From assembly GCF_009914755.1 (NCBI RefSeq), contig NC_060943.1: a stretch of DNA of 64,000 nucleotides; one strand, written 5' to 3'. Each line of letters opens with the position of its first letter. The stretch's first letter is position 1. This document shows, piece by piece, positions 59,716 to 64,000 of the stretch. The notes below the pieces were generated by a model. It was not told where the DNA came from and did no database searches. It saw only the letters and a program-made list of their open reading frames with translations. The DNA is from the human T2T-CHM13v2.0 reference genome, Homo sapiens. The translations under genes and the position numbers were made by a program.

Positions 59716-59999
59716 GAGCCATGTGTGGTGGCTCACACTTGTAATCCCAGCACTTTGGGAGCCTGAGGTGGGAGGATTGCTTGAGGTCAAAAGTTTGAGA
59801 CCAGCCTAGGCAGCATAGCAAGATCCCCATCGTTACAAAAAATAATAATTTTTTAAAAAATCAGCTGGATGTGGTGGTGCATGCCTTAGAGTCCTAGTTA
59901 CTTGGGCGGCTGAGGTAGGAGGAGCTCTTGAGCCCAAGAGTTCAAGTCTGCAGTGAGCTACAATTGCACCACTGTACTCTAGCCTGGGAAACAAAGTGA

Positions 60000-60002
<3 letters not shown>
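59716..60002 (+). mobile_element. AluJ-like
   Basis: gaggattgcttgagg...ccagcctagg; tail replaced by a microsatellite. Confidence 0.82.
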
Positions 60003-60088
<86 letters not shown>

Positions 60089-60230
60089 CACACACACACA
60101 CACATACATACATATATATGTATGTATATATACACATATATATGTATGTATATATACACATATATATGTATGTATATATACACATATATATGTATGTATA
60201 TATATACATACATATACATACATATATATG
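60002..60230. repeat. Compound microsatellite (CT)n(AT)n(AC)n followed by ~24-bp TATATATGTATGTATATATACACA units
   Basis: Directly visible; source of the ERERER/YIYI ORFs. Confidence 0.95.
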
Positions 60231-60714
60231 TGGAAAAGGGAAGGGGCCAAGAATGTCAAAGACATTATTAAAGAAAAGGAAAGATTTCTCCTGCCAAATA
60301 TCAGAAGTTTTATAAAGCTACAGCAATTAAGATAGTGTGGTCTTCATTGATAAACTGACCAATGAAACAGAATAGAGAGCTCCCAAACAAATCTCCACAA
60401 ATTTAATATTTGATATGTGATGCAGGTGACATGGCAGATCAGCAAAGAAAGAAAGGACTTTTCAATACATAGGAAAGAAAAATAATGGTTACTGATATAG
60501 GAAACAAAATGAAATTATATTCCTTCTTCGCTCTATATACAAACATTAAATTCCAGATGGACCAAAGACTTATGTGTCAGAAACAAAACTTTAAAACTTT
60601 TAGTAGAAAATGTAAGTGAATGAGACACAAAAAGCCATTTAACCATTAAAAAAGATTAGATGTTTTGACTATCACAAAATTGAGAACTTTTTACATCAAA
60701 AAGTGAAAAGATAA

Positions 60715-60975
60715 GCTGGGCATGGTGTCTCAAGCCTGTAATCCCAACAGTAGATCACCTGAGGTCAGGAGTTTGACACCAGGCTGGCCAACATGGTGAA
60801 ACCCTGTCTCCACTGAAAATATAAGAAATTAGCCAGGCATTGGTGGCAGACACTAGCAATCCCAGCTACTTGGGAAGCTGATGCACGAGAATCTTCTGAA
60901 CCCGGGAGGTGGAGGTTACAGTGAGCCACTGCACTCCAGCCTGAATGGCAGAGTGAGACTCTGTCTCAAAAAAAA
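60715..60975 (+). mobile_element. AluS with internal deletions, inserted in an old L1M (~60240-61280)
   Basis: TSD-like AAAAAGTGAAAAGATAA on both sides. Confidence 0.8.
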
Positions 60976-61281
60976 AGTAAAAATTAAAAAATAAAAGTAA
61001 AAAAGTGAAAAGATAAACTATAAACTAGAAGAAGATATTTGCAGTACCTAAAACCTATGAAAGATTAATATCAAATCAACAAAGTATAAGGAGTTCCTAT
61101 GAATTAATTTTAAAAATAGCATCCCAAAAGAAAATTGGGAAAAGACATTAATAGGGATTTCACAAAAGAGAATGCCCCCAAAACATAAAAATTTTCTCAT
61201 CCTCATTAGTAATCAAGAAAATGCACAAGATACTACATATCTATTCGCTCCACAAATATTAAGAAGTTTGACAATACCAAA

Positions 61282-63553
61282 TGTATTAGTCGACATTCAC
61301 GCTGCTGATAAAGACATAACTGAGACTGGGAAGAAAAAGAGGCTTAATGGATTTATGGTTCCACATGGCCAAGGAGGCCTCAGAGTCATAGCAGTGGATG
61401 AAAGGCACTTCTTACATGGCAGTGGCAAGAGAATATGAGAAGGAAGCAAAAGACGAAACCCCTGATAAACCCATCAGATCCTGTGAGACTTATTCACTAT
61501 AACAAGAATAGCATGGGAAAGACCAGCCCAAGGGATTCAACTACCTCCCCCTGGGTCCCTCCCTTAACACATGGGAATTCTGAGAGATACAATTGAAGCT
61601 GAGATGTGGGTAGGTACATAGCCAAACCATATTAATCTGCTCCTGGCCCCTCCAAATCTCATGTCCTCACATTTCAAAACCTATCATGCCTTCCCAACAG
61701 TCCCCCAAAGTCTTAACTCATTTCAGCATTAACCCAAATGTCTGCTGTCCAAAGTCTCATCTGATAAAAGGCAAGTCTCTTCTGCCTATGAGCCTGTAAA
61801 ATCCAAAGCAAGCTAGTTACTTCCTAGATACAATGGGGGTACAGGTAATTGAGTAAATACAGCTGTTCCAAATGGGAGAAATTGGCCAAAACAAAGGGGT
61901 TACAGGCCCCATGCAAGTCCTAAATCCAGCCAGGTAGTCAAATTTTAAAGCCCCAAAATGATCTCCTTTGACTCCATGTTTCACATCAAGGTCATGCTGA
62001 TGCAAGAGGTGGACTCCCATGGCCTTGTGTAGTTCTGCCCCTGTAGCTTTGCAGGGTATAGCCCACCTCCTGGCTGTTTTCATGGGCTGATGTTGAGTGT
62101 CTGAAGCTTTTCCAGGCTCATGGTGCAAGGTATCTGGGGTCTGGAGGACAGTGTCCCTCTTCTCACAGCTCCACTAGGAAGTGCTCCAGTAGGGACTCTG
62201 TGTAGGGGCTCTGATCCTTCCACATTTCCCTTCCACATGGCCCTAGCAGAGGTTCTCCATGAGAGCCCCACCCCTGTAGCAAACTTCTGCTTGGACATCC
62301 AGGCGTTTTCATACATCCTCTGAAATCTAGGTGGAGGTTTCCAAATCTCAATTCTTGACTTCTGTGCAGTTGCAGGCTCAACACCAGGTGGAAGCTGCCA
62401 AGGCTTGGTGCTTGCACTCTCAAAGCCATGGCCTGAGTTCTATGTTGGCCCCTTTCAGCCATGGCTGGAGTGGCTGAAACACAGAGCACCAAGGCCCTAG
62501 GCTACACACAGCACAGTGATCCTGGGCCCGGCCCACAAAACCATTTTTTCCTTGTAGGCCTCTGGGCCTGTGATGGGAGGGGCTGCTGTGATGATCTCTG
62601 ACATGCCCTGTAGACACTTTCCCCATTGTCTTGGGGATTAACATTCAGCTTCTCACTACTTATGTGAATTTCTTCAGGCAGCTTGAATTTATCCTCAGAA
62701 AATGGCATTTTCTTTTCTATCACATTGTCAGGCTGCAAATTTTCCAAACTTGTATGCTCTGCTTCCTTTATAAAACTGAATGTCTTTAACATCATCTGAG
62801 TCTCCTCTTGAATACTTTACTGCTTAGAAATTTCTTCCACCAGATACCCTGAATCATCTCTCTCAAGTTCAGTGTTCCACAGATCTCTAGGGCAGGGGCA
62901 AAATGCTGCCACTCTTTTTGCTAAAACATAATGAGAGTCACCTTTGCTCCTGTTCCCAACAAGTTCCTCATCTCCGTCTGAGACCACCTTAGCCTGGACC
63001 TTATTGTTCATAACACTATCAGCATTTTGTCAATGCCATTCAACAAGTCTCTATGAGGTTCCAAATTTTCCCACATTTTCCAGTCTTCTTCTGAGTCCTC
63101 CAAACTGTTCCAACCTCTGCCTGTTACCAAGTTTCAAAGTCGCTTCCACATTTTTGGGTATCTTTTCAGCAGCACCCCACTTCACTGGTACCATATTACT
63201 GTATTAGTCCATTTTCACACTGCTGATAAAGACAAATTCAAGTCTGAGAAGAAAAAGGGGTTTAATTGGATTTACGGTTCCACATGGTGTGGGAGGCTTC
63301 AGAGTCACGGCAGGAGGCAAAAGGCACTTCTTATATGGCAGCAGCAAGAGAAAATGAGGAGGAAGCCAAAGCAGAAACCCCTGATAAACCCATCAGATCT
63401 CATGAGACTTATTCACTATCATGAGAATAGCACAGGAAAGACTGGCCCCCATGATTCAGTGACCTCACCCTGGGTCCCTCCCACAACATGTGGGAATTCT
63501 GGGAGATAGAATTCAAGCTGAGGTTTGGTTGGGGATACAGCCAAACCATATCA
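61282..63553 (-). mobile_element. Full-length THE1 (THE1C/D-like) MaLR element: LTRs 61282-61634 and 63200-63553
   Basis: Two LTR copies TGTATTAGTC...CCAAACCATAT(C/T)A around an internal region; flanks ccaaa/acaaa. Confidence 0.9.
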
Positions 63554-63644
63554 ACAAATATGGAGAGACTGTGGATCAACAAGATCATCTCGAATTAATA
63601 CAGGAGGTGAGAGTTTAAATTAGAACAACCACTTTGGAAAATAA

Positions 63645-64000
<356 letters not shown>

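Noticed and set aside
59942-60315. ERERER/YIYI low-complexity ORFs
   Set aside because: Translations of a compound microsatellite.

Overview
Human (primate) genomic DNA from the chr19q13.2 placental galectin cluster; a human-specific AluYa8-type element supports human origin. The window holds three paralogous + strand galectin units: (1) LGALS13/PP13 exons 2-4 (exon 1 lies upstream of the window), (2) a four-exon galectin pseudogene at ~33.9-38.6 kb with two frameshifts and a codon-55 CGA>TGA stop, and (3) complete LGALS16 (142 aa). The spacers are dense with retroelements: two near-full-length L1PA, several truncated L1s, MST and THE1 MaLR elements, a deleted ERV1 internal region, many Alus, and a 5'-truncated processed pseudogene I recognise as TMEM128. 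Almost all ORFs in the supplied track are repeat-derived or spurious. The best leads are a cryptic in-frame N-terminal exon in intron 1 of LGALS16/LGALS13, the TMEM128 retrocopy, the L1-in-L1 architecture upstream of LGALS16, and nuclear-receptor sites retained only in the functional paralogs. Gene names and repeat subfamilies come from my recollection of sequences, not from searches.
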